This document shows, piece by piece, positions 14,388 to 27,029 of a stretch of DNA of 64,000 nt. The DNA lies in NCBI GenBank assembly GCA_951406725.2, contig OX597819.1:26846001-26910000 (forward strand), read 5' to 3'. The notes below the pieces were generated by a model. The model was not told the DNA's origin. It ran no database searches and saw only the letters and a list, made by a program, of their open reading frames with translations. Origin of the DNA: Octopus vulgaris. Taxonomy: Eukaryota. Both the position numbers and the translations under genes were made by a program. Numbering within the stretch: position 1 is the stretch's first letter; every line of letters starts with the position of its first letter.

Positions 14388-14471
14388 ATATATAAAAATA
14401 CAAAATGGGACAAGAACGCAAAGTCTATTTGAATGTTTTGCGTTCTTGTCCCATTTTGTATTTTTATATAT
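14388..14471. repeat. Perfect 35-bp inverted repeat with 14-nt spacer
   Basis: ATATATAAAAATACAAAATGGGACAAGAACGCAAA (14388-14422) is the exact reverse complement of 14437-14471. Confidence 0.95.
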
Positions 14472-14950
14472 TTTTTTTATACATATATATATATATATAT
14501 ATATATGCGTATCGATATTTCTTATGTACATAAATATATAAACGTATGACTATACATATTATATATATTGTATGTATGTATGTATGTATGTATGTATGTA
14601 TGTATGTATGTATGTGTGTGTGTATGTAATGTATGTGTATGTATATAGCAAAAGTGAATGCGTGTATATACATATATGTATATGTACACACACAGATATA
14701 TATCTAAGCGAGCATACACGTGCGCCCAACCACACACACAAGCATTCAAACATACAAATAAGCGCTAAAGGTCTATTGTGTGTATGAGACACATAGAGTG
14801 AGAGGGAGCACAGATCTTTTGTAAGAGTTTTTCTACCCCTATTTGAATAACTACGAATCGATTACTTTTATTCATTCTCATTTTATCAGTGTTCATTCTT
14901 AGCCTTCACTTTGTCTATAAAAAGTTATCAGGCTGACGCTATACCTACAT

Positions 14951-15027
<77 letters not shown>

Positions 15028-15311
15028 GCATATATATATATATATACATACATGCATATATATATATTGATGGTCGAGGTGACAGTTTGTGTTGGTTGTC
15101 CCAAAAGAAAATCTCAAACATTCGTAGTTGTTAAAAAAAATAAATCTATATCACTATATGACTTGTTACAAACAAATACGCACAGGGGAGATTCAGTAAT
15201 TAAAGAAGGCGTGTGATATGTTTTATACGCTGTGTTACGACAGGGAGAATTAATATCCTCGATCTCCTCGATCTTGTCAGCTTGAATATTATGTAAGTTG
15301 TGCAAACTATC

Positions 15312-15456
15312 TATGCGGTAAGGAGCTTGCTTCGTAACCACATGTTCCCGAGTTCAGTCCCACTGCGTAGCGCTTTGGGTAATTGTCTTCTACTTTAGCC
15401 ACGGAGCGACCAAAGCCTTGTAAGTCTATTTGGTAGACGGAAATTAAAAGACAGTC

Positions 15457-15462
<6 letters not shown>
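15312..15462 (+). mobile_element. SINE family B head
   Basis: GCGGTAAGGAGCTTGCTTCGTAACCACATGTTCCCGAGTTCAGTCCCACTGCG...GACGGAAATTAAAAGACAGTCG then (TA)n. Confidence 0.8.
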
Positions 15463-15487
<25 letters not shown>

Positions 15488-15490
<3 letters not shown>

Positions 15491-15880
15491 CTGAGAATGT
15501 ATGTCTGTCCGTGTGTTTCCCTAAAATTTGAGAACTACACAACCAATTTCATTCAAATTTTACACATGCCTTACTTAGGGTCCGGGGAGTGTCATCAGCA
15601 AAACAAATTTTTAACTTTTTACCTAGGGTGAGCCCACAGCAATATCATATCTTCTCCACTATGATTCCCTAAAACTTGAGAACTACACAAACAATTTCAT
15701 TCAAATTTTGCACATGTCTTACTTAGGGTCCATGTAGTTTCATGGGCAAAAAAATGTTGAACTTCTTGCCTAGGGCGAGCCCTTAGCAATATCATATCTT
15801 CTCCACTATTTCAGTATTACGTGTTAATAGTGAAACAAAAACATTTCTCTATTTTATGTCAGATACTTTCACTTTAACAA
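15488..15880 (+). mobile_element. Non-autonomous Helitron-like 5' region with an internal ~145-bp tandem duplication
   Basis: Begins in (TA)n with ATAACTGAGAATGTATGTCTGTCC; CCAATTTCATTCAAATTTT motif typical of such elements; block CCCTAAAA..GAGAACTACAC...ATCTTCTCCACTAT occurs twice. No 3' CTAG end identified. Confidence 0.5.
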
Positions 15881-16168
15881 TAAAAATTAGAGGTAATAAT
15901 AACAATTAAATTATATGTAGTAAGTAATAAAGTATAATATAATAATTATATCGTAACATAACAAAAGTAAAAATAGCAATTGGTATAAAATTGCATCAAT
16001 GACTTGAACTTAAATAAGTGGTTTCACATGAATGGGAATAAATTACAAATAAAATTAGTGTGCAGAAATGGAATAGTCCAGATGGAGCTGTGCACATACG
16101 CTTTACCACGGCTTTTACATTAGATTATCTGCTAATTAGCTAGCATTAAGTATCTAGCTTAATTACAT

Positions 16169-16208
16169 ACATTACATACAGCCAAAGAAGTTTGGCTGTA
16201 TGTAATGT
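16169..16208. repeat. Perfect 18-bp hairpin with GAAG loop
   Basis: ACATTACATACAGCCAAA-GAAG-TTTGGCTGTATGTAATGT. Confidence 0.95.
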
Positions 16209-16579
16209 CTGTTTACTCGAACAGCCGCTTCTACTGAGTACAGCTGTTGGTTTATTTCTTATACATAAAGGACTATAGCTTCAACTGCGTACTGCCTTTT
16301 GATTCACCGTAAGGTTTGTTGTTATTATTATTACTGTTTAACTATTTTTATCACGTTTGTTGGTTCCTCGTAAGGGAAACGTTGTTGTGTTGCATTTGTT
16401 AAATAATTGTAAACCGTAACCCGCCCCACTTTGGGAGGAGGAGCTTTGGTTATTGTTTAAAAATTGAATTGTTTGGGGAAATTGACAATATTTTCACCGT
16501 TTATACGGAAGCATTTTTGTTAAAATGCCTTCGATAGTTGCTCTGAACTACTAGAATGGACAAATGAAAGGAGACAACA

Positions 16580-17020
16580 AAGATTTTTTATTTATAGAAA
16601 TAGGGGTGAAATAGATGTCAAAGTTCCATATAAAGAAAAGGATTGTCACATTACAATGCCAATTATTACTATTTGGTAAACAGATTTAGCATTAGGAAAA
16701 CTAGGTTAATGTCAAATGGTTATAATGACACTCATAGAGAATGCAGAGATTTTTTATAAAACTAATATACACCAACATTAGCTGATAGGTTCTGAGTACT
16801 TTGATACGTTGGATTAAAGGAGAAATTATAGATCTAAAATTTATTCAATTTATAGAAAAGTCTATCACTTATTATGAGTAGGCATAATACATATTAATTG
16901 GGGGGAAAGTCTTATTAATCAAGTGAATATATTAGGAGTCCAAAATATATACTAGGAAAAATAGAAGAGAATCACCTTCTACTAAACGTACGAATACCTT
17001 TCTTCTTTGATTGTGAAGTG
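16580..17020 (+). mobile_element. Very decayed Gypsy-like protease/RT fragment
   Basis: Translations GEIDVKVPYKEKD..MPII and PKYILGKIEE..LLN resemble the GE..V.V.Y..Q...LP and YPLPKIE.L motifs of Gypsy pol; stops and frameshifts throughout. Confidence 0.35.
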
Positions 17021-17078
17021 ACGGTGGGAGACAGACACTGACTTAAAGATATACACTTTCGTACACGCACACATACAT

Positions 17079-17126
<48 letters not shown>

Positions 17127-17147
17127 ATATATACATGTGTGTGTGTA

Positions 17148-17315
17148 TACGATGTGCTTTCTTTCAGTTTCCCTCAACCGAATCCACTCACAAGGCTTCA
17201 GTCACTCCGAGACTATAATAGAAGAGACTTGCCCAAAGTACTATGCAGAAGGACTGAATCCAGAACCTCGCGACTGAGAAACAAGCATCTTACTACACAA
17301 CTATGCTCGCGCTTA
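17148..17315 (-). mobile_element. SINE family B head (diverged)
   Basis: CTTTCTTTCAGTTTCC...AATCCACTCACAAGGCTT...GGACTGAATCCAGAACC is the reverse complement of the family B head. Confidence 0.75.
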
Positions 17316-17338
17316 TATACATCAATATACATACAAGG

Positions 17339-17552
17339 AAAGGCGGCGAGCTGGCAGAAACGTTAGCACACCGGGCGAAATGCTTAGCGGTCTTTCGTCT
17401 GTCTTTACGTTCCGAGTTCAAATTCCGCTGAGGTCGACTTGGCTTTTCATCCTTTTGAGGTCGATAAATAAAGTACCAGTTGCGTACTGGGGTTGATCTA
17501 ATCGGCTTCCCCCCACCTCCGAAATTTCTGGCCTTGTACCTAGAGTAGAAAA
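17339..17552 (+). mobile_element. SINE family A, full length, tail type 1
   Basis: AAGGCGGCGAGCTGGCAGAAACGTTAGCAC...GAGTTCAAATTCCGCTGAGGTCGAC...GGCCTTGTACCTAGAGTAGAAAAG. Confidence 0.9.
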
Positions 17553-17626
17553 GTGTGTACGTTCAGACATACATATAAACATATTTTCATAAATTTGCAT
17601 ATATACATACATATTCACATACACAA

Positions 17627-17688
<62 letters not shown>

Positions 17689-18546
17689 CATACATACATA
17701 CGCTATTTTTGTGCGTCTGTAGAACAAAACTTCAGTATAGCTATGAAGGAGGAGAGATATCAATATGTTTTTTTAAGAGTATTCCTCATTGATAAGAGAA
17801 CGCTTCTGGCACTCTTTAAATACTACTGTTGCGTAACTTTGTACATTGCGGAAATTTAATTAGAGATTGACTGAAATCGATATTCGTATGAGTGTTTATC
17901 TGATCAATTACGTTGGATAATGCAAAATATTACTTAATATTTATGTAGGACATATACTTACATAGATCTATCATTTGCTAGGTCTTCTTGTATCAACGTA
18001 CCCATGTACACGGCTGCTTGTATGGCTAAGACATTTTCTGAATAAATATTATTTTACGCATGCCCCAGTTACCGACTTTTCTACTGCTATATTCTTGGCT
18101 AGAGTCAGACTAGCATTTGGTATAGTGAAACAATGTAAAAGCATGTTACTTTTTTGTGTTAGATTAATCCGTGTTCCAACATAATATTACCAGCAAGTCA
18201 TTCGGTGCTTTTAGTGAAATCCTTTCTGCTATAAACATTTGGCCCATGTCACTGGTATGAAAATAAATTCCCCATTTCCTTCTAACAGTTTCAAAGACCC
18301 TAATAAATGCCGTGGGTTTTGCCTTTTCTTGTCTGACAGAAATATGAGATCTTTTAAATCATTGTTAAACATCATATTTAACGAGGTTATACAACAAATG
18401 GAAGGCTGTAAATTTTAAAATAGTACATTTTGTTCCCTTCAGTGAGGATAAAATATCTGTTAAATGATATCCACTCGTCACAATATCTTCGACAATCAGT
18501 CAAAATAGCGAAAATACAGTATTAATTGAAGTAATGTTCACCATGT

Positions 18547-18734
18547 TTAAACAATCTGTTGGCTGCATGTTTGTCAAAGTCCTTTTGTCGCTATACGCGA
18601 CCACACCAATGACACGCTCTCTTTCTTCAAGGTCTTCAAAGCAGACCCTAAAGAAGGAAGGCATGGCATTGATGAGATCGCGAATAGCGACGAAAGCACT
18701 TTGAAAAAGAAAACATAACCGATCGATTGTTTAA
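18547..18734. repeat. Imperfect 188-bp palindrome bounded by TTAA
   Basis: 5' arm CAAAGTCCTTTTGTCGCTATACGCGACCACACCAATG versus reverse complement of the 3' arm CAAAGTGCTTTCGTCGCTATTCGCGATCTCATCAATG; both ends read TTAAACAATC. Confidence 0.9.
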
Positions 18735-20206
18735 CCAACATATTAAACAAACGATTAATCAGGTGTGTAGATATTTAACCAATTGGATAACCAGTGCGTG
18801 TGTTATTATTGGTGTAATTACCCACCCAAGACAACAAAACTGGTTTCAATAGATGAATGAATTCCACATAACGTATATTGTAAAACAAATACAGACTATA
18901 TACATATGCATACATACATACATACACACACACATACATACATACATACATACATACATACACACACATACATACATACACACATACATACACACATACA
19001 TACATACATACATACATACATACATACATACATACATACATACATACATACATACATACATACATACATACATAGAGAAAGAATTCTATTTTTATGCCTC
19101 AGAGTAGAAACGAGATTTTGGCTTACGTAACACTATAAGCGGAAATGTTTAGAAATATAAGATATATGGAGAATTTTCTTCTTTTTACAATAAAGCCATT
19201 CATTTCTGAGACAAATATTCTCACTGACAAAGCAACCACATCAAGACCGACAGCAACACAAACATAAAGATTAAAACATTCTGATCTGAGGAAACGTCAA
19301 GATATTCTTGTTTGGATTTAACCTACAACAAATAATCCATAAAGCAGGATACAGAATGGAACTATCTTCACGATGTTCGTATATGATGAGATGCGATGGT
19401 GAAGGATGAATAAATTTATCTTACAAATATGTAATATTATAGATAGAAATTTTAAATTACACCCGCATCCTTTCCTACGGCACTTGTAGAAATCCGTGCA
19501 TAGCTCGATCGTATGCGTGCATGTATGTGTTTGTGTGCATGTGTGGTTATGTATATGTTGTTTGTTGGGAGATGGGCACTCACTGGTTGCTGCTTCAGCA
19601 AAGCTTAAAATGTGTATTTTCGCAAGTAAACAATGGAATGTATTTCTTTCATAGATTACCAACAAAAGATTCCCTATGTGTATGAGGTGGTGGTGGTGGT
19701 GGTGGTGGTGGAGTGGGACGAAAGTTCACATGTCTATTTCTATAATAAGCAACTGTTTGATTGATAATAAGAAAGAAAATATATTTCTTGACTTGAGTTA
19801 TTTTGCGCAGTAAACTTATTTCTTTGAAGACATTGCTTAGAAGTTTTATTTTGCAGTATTGTTTGAAGGATTCGTTGATATGTGAAGAATACATTGTTGC
19901 TATTATCTTGATATAAGAACGAATAAGAAAACTGAAAACATTGCTAACGTATAAACATTGCGCATCAGATGTACAAATGAAACGCAGTTCTTTGTATCAG
20001 CGTCTACATTTTATGGACTACCGATAAAGCCGCAGTTGCTGCTATTTTCGGCCGCTTGATGTCAATCATTAAAGGGTCAAATCAGGCCGAAATCACGTGA
20101 GCTGGTGGTCCGAGGGACGGAAATGGTGGTGATTGTCTGCCGCTGGCAATAGCTATGTTGCGCTGTTATGCACCATATAACAATATGAGAGTTTGTATTG
20201 TATAAT

Positions 20207-20746
20207 GATAAAAGAAGCAAGTTGCCAGAATTTAGGAATTTTTTCTTTATTTATTCATTATTATTAGCGCTTGTGTTCGTTTTTCGAACTTGTCAAATAA
20301 AAGTTTGTGAATGTGCAAACAGGTTGTTCATTTATATGAAAAACAATTGCTTTTTCGTTTTGTTTAGAAGACGAGAACATTGTTTTTGTCCTTTATTTTT
20401 CTTTTTTGGGAATGAGGTTCCAGGACATTGGAGACAGATAGATAGATACAGAGAGAGAGAGGCGTATCTGTCTATCTAGCTATCTACCTATCTATCTGTC
20501 TATCTTCAATATCCTGGAACCTCACCTCAGAAAACAAAACGGACAAAAACAATGTTCTCCTCTTCTAAACAAAACCAAAATACAACTGTTATAGACAGAT
20601 GAACAACCTCTTTCCACATTCGCAAAATTTAATTTGACGAGTTCTAAAAAAGGAACGAAAGTGCTTATAATAATGAATAATGAATAAATTATAATAATGA
20701 ATAAATAAAAAATATTTTTCCAAAATCTGGTGATCTTCTTTTTCTC
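20207..20746. repeat. ~540-bp fold-back with a GATA/TATC microsatellite centre
   Basis: Arms align over more than 200 bp, e.g. TTTTGTTTAGAAGACGAGAACATTGTTTTTGTCC versus reverse-complement TTTTGTTTAGAAGAGGAGAACATTGTTTTTGTCC. Confidence 0.9.
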
Positions 20747-20750
20747 AAGA

Positions 20751-20799
<49 letters not shown>

Positions 20800-20801
<2 letters not shown>

Positions 20802-21332
20802 CAGGCAGTGGCTCTCATGGCTTCTGATCTTAACTGATTGGAAGTGTTATAATGTACGTTGTTTTGTCTTGGTATAAAAGATGGGCTACAGCAAATATTC
20901 TGCTCAATACCACATATTCAATCGTCAGTTGTTTGACCTTAACCAGTTGCGCATGTCCCTTGCTGGCTGACGATATGTGCATCTCTGATCACAAGTGGAA
21001 GTAGTGGGAGAGCATCATAACCATGTGTTGAGAGAAATTCTTAGGTGATTGAATAATTCACCTCTGGAAACATGAGTTTTTTGTTCATCATCCTTAAAAC
21101 AACCCTTATTCAAGGACTTTTGCGCAGGATGGGCTATTCAACGTGAAGAAAATACTAACTGGGCCCCCACCGATTAGGTCATGTGCTGTTTATCTTGATA
21201 CGGGATCACCATGTTCCGCGAGTATGTTTGAGTGCATGTGCCTGGTGTACCCATATCAGACGGGTAGTTATGATGGCTGCGCATATCTGTACCCAGTGTT
21301 ACTTTGATAGCATGTACTGCTATTTCACCCAA
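20800..21332 (+). mobile_element. Non-coding interspersed repeat family D, flanked by (AAT)n on both sides
   Basis: GGCAGTGGCTCTCATGGCTTCTGATCTTAACTGATTGGAAGTG... aligns with 51550-52027; (AAT)n at 20760-20798 and 21333-21381. Confidence 0.85.
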
Positions 21333-21334
21333 TC

Positions 21335-21382
<48 letters not shown>

Positions 21383-23337
21383 TAGGCACAAGTTTTGAAA
21401 TTAGGTACAAGGCTTGAAATTTCCGGGGAAGGAGAATGGCCAGCTTCATCGTTACCAGTGCTCGCCAGGAACTTATTTTATTGACCCCGAAAGGGTGAAA
21501 GACAAAATGTGAGAGATTCCCAACTGTCTTCGATAGTTAAAAGTTCGACTCCCACCATATGTGCTACCTTTCATATTTATAAAGGCACTTAGCTCTGAAA
21601 TAACTTGATTCACCTTGCTCTAATAATTTACATGTTTGTGAAAATGGAAACACTGTTAAATGAAATGGTATTCCGTTAACCTGCAATGCTGAGTACAAAT
21701 TATAGGAATTTATTAATATATAAACGGTATTTTAATTAATTTTTATTGAGAAGGAAAAATAATTAACTCTATAGTTTATTCTTGTTAAGAAAACATGAGA
21801 CAACCTCGAAATTTAATAAAAATCGAATGCAGTGCTGGATGACCCTATTCATCGGTAGTAACCTTCATACTTTGCACGAAGTGTAAGTTTATGGTAATAT
21901 CTTTATAATGCATTTCACCAACCATCCAGCTCCCTTATTAATTTTGCTATTAACACTCAACGTACTTTACAATCATTCTATTTAGTTATCTGTTACGATT
22001 ATTAAAAGCTAAGTAATAACATTCATTAACCATAGTTACATAGACTAATTCTGGTGTCGTGCACAATATTGTTTGCAAAATTCGAACTGATTCAGGCTGA
22101 ATGCCAAACTTTGCTACTCTGATACAAAAGAGAGATTTATTATTTGGCAAAATAATAAAGTGTAAGGCGGTTTTTGCTTTTGATGTTTTCGCTTTTACTG
22201 AAAATGTGTTCTCGAAGTAATTTATCTTAATGAGTGACAACTGATTGTTGATTAGATATTTTTGGCATTTTTCTGGCACAGTGTAAGATATATTTCTTAA
22301 GAAATAATGATTATTTTGATCCATACTCAAATAGAAGAAAAACAAGTTAAAGAATAGAAGATGTGTTAGAGTGAGGATGAGCAAATAAGCCGGGTTCATA
22401 TAATCTTTATCAACTTAAATAGCCTTTCTACTTCTCTTTACTTAATTAGAATTTGTCTTGTTTTACCTCATTGTTGGCATAAATGTAATTCAGAACTTTA
22501 AAAAATTGTCTCTGATCTTTAACGATGGAAAATAAAAGGATTAATAACAAACATAGAAGTGGCAGTATTTGACCAGAGAATATTCTAAAAAGCCCACACA
22601 ATGTAAATAATGAAGATACGTATGCTATGAAACTCCCTTTTAATTTAAGTCTTTATTTAGATTTAAAATTAGGTCTAGGATTTCAGTAACTTATGTGTAC
22701 TGGTATCATTGCAAATTAAAGCTATTAAGATGAAAGTTTTAGCTCTTTCTTTATCCTCAGAGTTAATTCCCACGCTTCAAGTTATTCTATTCAATCGCAT
22801 ATGATATTTATTTATGAAAGCTCCAATTTTTATATACAATTAGGACATAAAGAAAAATACAGAATAAAAGTGTAATCTCCCTCTTCGCTGGTTTGATAAT
22901 AAATCTTTATCCTCTTACCAGTTGTGAAATGGAAGAAATCGATCTTTCGGTACGTACATTTAAAGAAAGGATTGACTATTCCCCTCAGTCTTCTCTTTCT
23001 CAAAGTTCTTAATGTAAAAATAAAATAAATAGACTGGGACATTTGAATGGCGGCTTAAACGCTTTACACTGGAGGAACATTTTATTGAGTTCAAAGATTC
23101 TACGTGATCGCTCAGCAACTAGAAATAGCAGCCAAACCTTGGAAATCACTTCTATTTCGTGCTTTAAAAAATTGTCAATATTATAATATAGTCCTACATA
23201 CCAATAAAAAGACGGAACGCTCATTGCTGGAGTGTATTTTATCAAAGATCTGCTCGATTAGAATGTTTTACAATGTATTATTATTAGTTTCTTCTGATTA
23301 CTTACCATTGTTTTGAGAGCGACTGCTAAAAAAACAT

Positions 23338-23525
23338 GGCAGAATGGTGAGAGCAGCGCGCAAAATAATTTGCAATATTTAGCTCGGCTGAATACATCCT
23401 GAGTTCAAATTCCACAGACGTCAACTTTGTCTTTCATTCTTCCGAGATCAATTAAAATTAAGTACCGAATAGCGACTAATACCCTTCAAAATTGCCGACC
23501 TTGTGCCAAAATTCAAAAACAATTA
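23338..23525 (+). mobile_element. SINE family A (diverged)
   Basis: TGGCAGAATGGTGAGAGCAGCGCGCAAAAT...GAGTTCAAATTCCACAGACGTCAACTTTGTCTTTCATTC...GACCTTGTGCCAAAATTC. Confidence 0.7.
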
Positions 23526-23721
23526 GCAGAAGAAGAAGAAGAAGATGCATTGCTGCCACATAAGTATCAGTGTGGACAAAGTAACTTGTATGATGATAAC
23601 TCACTTTATGATTGGAGTATATAGTCCCATCAAACTTGATCTTTGGTTTTCACAGTTTAACACAGTCAACAACAGTTTAATATTAGTATCAATATAATTG
23701 GCGACATTCTTCCTTTCTATT

Positions 23722-23796
<75 letters not shown>

Positions 23797-23806
23797 TTTA
23801 TTTTTA

Positions 23807-23837
<31 letters not shown>

Positions 23838-25189
23838 CATCATACAGTACTTTTTAGAAAGTCGTAAAAATATCGGTCAGAAAATATGTCACAGTCGATC
23901 ATTCATTTTGAAAAAATGTTTTGACCTTTTCTTCATTTTTTTCTCGCTTTATTCCCTCATAATATTTTTACCTTTTATAGACTTTTTCTTTTTTAACTTT
24001 TTGTATACTGCAAGTTACAAATAATTTTGGTATTGAAATATTTGGGAGAAATAGTGATACTTTCTCGATTCTATTTATGGTAACCTATAAATTGTTATTC
24101 ATTCTCCAGTACAACTTAATATAACACGACAAAGAGAAGATCTTGGTCGTCTTTTTTGCCATTTCCAGCTCCTCTTCTAACTGTGATTTGAATATATTAA
24201 GATGGCTGTTAAAAGCAAAACGTCAGTAGAAATTTTGCTAGTGTTTTGCTGCTGTATTTTTGTTCTGAATTTTTGCTGTATTTTCTTTCTTGATGTCGTC
24301 ATCGATATTGACATCGTTTCTACCGCTACTACTGCTGCTGACGTTCATGTTGTTCTTGTCATTGTGAAGTATATAAAATGCATTTAAATGGAATATTCAA
24401 AACAAATAAGCTTTGAGGTACTATAGAGATTTTTGATGTATGAATTGTAATGCATTTTTGCTGTGGGGGATTATTGTTTTATTGTTATTTTTATATTTTC
24501 TTCTTTTCTTCTTTTTTATGCTTCAGTGCCTAGAGTAGTTTCAAAATAATCAGGCTTCAAGAGTTTGTTGCCTAATGCCTCAAAACAGCAGCTTATTGAA
24601 GTATTTCTCGATTAACTTTGAAATCGTTTTATTTTTTCCTTCTTCAAAGTTTAGACATTCTAACACCATTTGGATTGAGGTAGCTTTCTTGAATCGTTGT
24701 TGTCACGGTGTATCTCATATAGGCTACCTACAATCCTCACCTTACACAGCAAGCTGTATAGCAACCAAACTGGAGACAGATTCAAAATCTTGGCAATTCC
24801 ATAGCACATTTCAACTACCTGAAACTCAGAACTTCTGTCGTTTTGTGTTCGTATTGCAGCATTTCCTTCTCTTCTGTATCCAACGTAACTACTTCCAATT
24901 TTGTGAAATAAGTTTTAGCTCAAAAAATACAATCACAAAATCTTTCATCCTGCATGTACGATTCACGCCAACAATAGGGCAAACGAAATACTTTGTAATA
25001 TGTTGTTTAAGCTGATTTTGATTTTAACATTTGGTGTTAAAATTGAGGACCGAAGATGGTGTCTATTTTCTTTTCTATTTAAAATGTTCATTTAGCAAAC
25101 TGGCTAATTTTCCATCTTCCTTTCTCTTTCTGCTTGTCCGTCTGTCTCTCGTATAAATACATACATACATACACACACACAGACACACA

Positions 25190-25229
<40 letters not shown>

Positions 25230-25723
25230 GAGAGGCGGGGTAGAGACGGGGGCAGAAATATGTGCCCCAGTGTTCAGTTTTGCCCAATAACACACACCCT
25301 TTCAAAGATAAAAAAAAACCCTTCATTTCATTTAACTTTTCAAAATTCTGCATCAACTACACAAACCATAGACACCACGCACCAGGCCAACAATGATTCC
25401 ATGAAGAGAGACCTAGAATCTTCGCGAAGTGAACTAATTTTCCACACAATCAAGGCCGTAATGGACAATATTTAATTTGATGGGTTGTAGCACGTGTTTC
25501 AGTTAGTTTGTGTGCGCTGTTTTTCTTTTCTAGTCTTCTCTTTTGTCTTACTGTAAATTTCATTGTACTCTTTCATTATTCGTTGTGTGTGTGTGTGTAT
25601 GTGTGTGTGTGTATGTGTCTGTGTCTATCTTTTCATCACTCTTACACATATAGACGCACATACACATCTAAATTTTTTCTGTGTATAAATATGCATGTAT
25701 GGATCTACCTGCATTTATACTAT

Positions 25724-25792
<69 letters not shown>

Positions 25793-26360
25793 TATATAAA
25801 GATATATACGCATATATATGTGTGTGTGTATAATATATGTATATATGTATATATATGTACGTATAGATGTATGTTCTCATCTCAGAACATACATGCCTGT
25901 ATACCGACAATTCCCATTGGATCAGCTTGTCAACTTTCGTATGAAATGTGTTTTTAAAATACAGTATCATAACTGACAGTATCTTAACTTCGAATCTTAG
26001 TAACTGTAAGATACTAGAACACAGGTTATAATTTCCCTCAGGAGTTGATGCAACACCATCAAACTGAACACTATGATTCTGTTATATCCTTATACTTTTG
26101 AATTCCGAATATACGTAATATCCTGGCTTCTATTTCTGTTTCACTCCAGAAAAATATATGATTGAGTTAATAGGAGTCGACTAATAGAATTCCAAAGTTT
26201 CAAGTGTTACTGACCTACCACTAACAGGATTCTCACATTTTATTTTTCATTTATAATTTTGATTTTCTTTTGAGAAAAAATTGCATGATATGTCTTTATC
26301 CCTCATTTACTTCACACGTACACACACACACACACACCATGCACACATACATATATACAC

Positions 26361-26451
<91 letters not shown>

Positions 26452-26476
26452 TATATATAAATATATATATATATAT

Positions 26477-26636
<160 letters not shown>

Positions 26637-26742
26637 GGGGAGAAGTGTTTGATATATATTTGTATATCTGTAAAATGATATAACTGTAAAATCAGGATAC
26701 ATAAGCGAAAGTGCATATTTTCCATAATTTTGTTCTACTACA

Positions 26743-26819
26743 ATGATAAATAACATGTTTGGCGTGGTTTTCATATTTACTGTTGCAAAGTTCGATATGC
26801 TCTGTGAGATTCCGATGCA
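26743..26819 (+). CDS. Possible first coding exon with a signal-peptide-like N-terminus ([25 protein letters not shown])
   Basis: ATG at 26743, hydrophobic stretch; two weak phase-2 donors (GTACTC at 26820, GTCATT at 26850) are both compatible with the exon at 26919. Confidence 0.25.
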
Positions 26820-26918
26820 GTACTCCACACTTCCGTTAATTTGGACACGGTCATTAATGATGCCTTCCTTCAAATGATTCATATTTGTAATGTTTATTGA
26901 GTACTTCTTCTCCTTCAG

Positions 26919-27029
26919 TATAATCTCACTAAAAGAAGCCAAAAGGATTGGTGAGCATCGTGCCTATCCCACAAGGATATTAGCAATATTTCCCACGTGT
27001 CCAGACGTTATGGTCAGCCTGTATAAGCG
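26919..27029 (+). CDS. Candidate internal exon, unidentified protein ([37 protein letters not shown])
   Basis: Acceptor TACTTCTTCTCCTTCAG, donor CG/GTAATA, 111 nt, only one frame open, phase 2-2, in frame with 28616-28706. An alternative donor GTGAGC lies at 26951. Confidence 0.5.

Noticed and set aside
18430-18720. Minus-strand text resembling a VWA motif (RVIGVVAYSD) and a PRTase motif (LIVEDIVTSG)
   Set aside because: The first lies inside the palindrome and has a mirror on the other strand. The second is directly preceded by a stop and lacks the rest of the fold. Treated as chance.
24575-25015. 146-aa plus-strand ORF
   Set aside because: No recognisable motif, non-ATG-supported composition typical of random AT-rich DNA, and no splice support on this strand.
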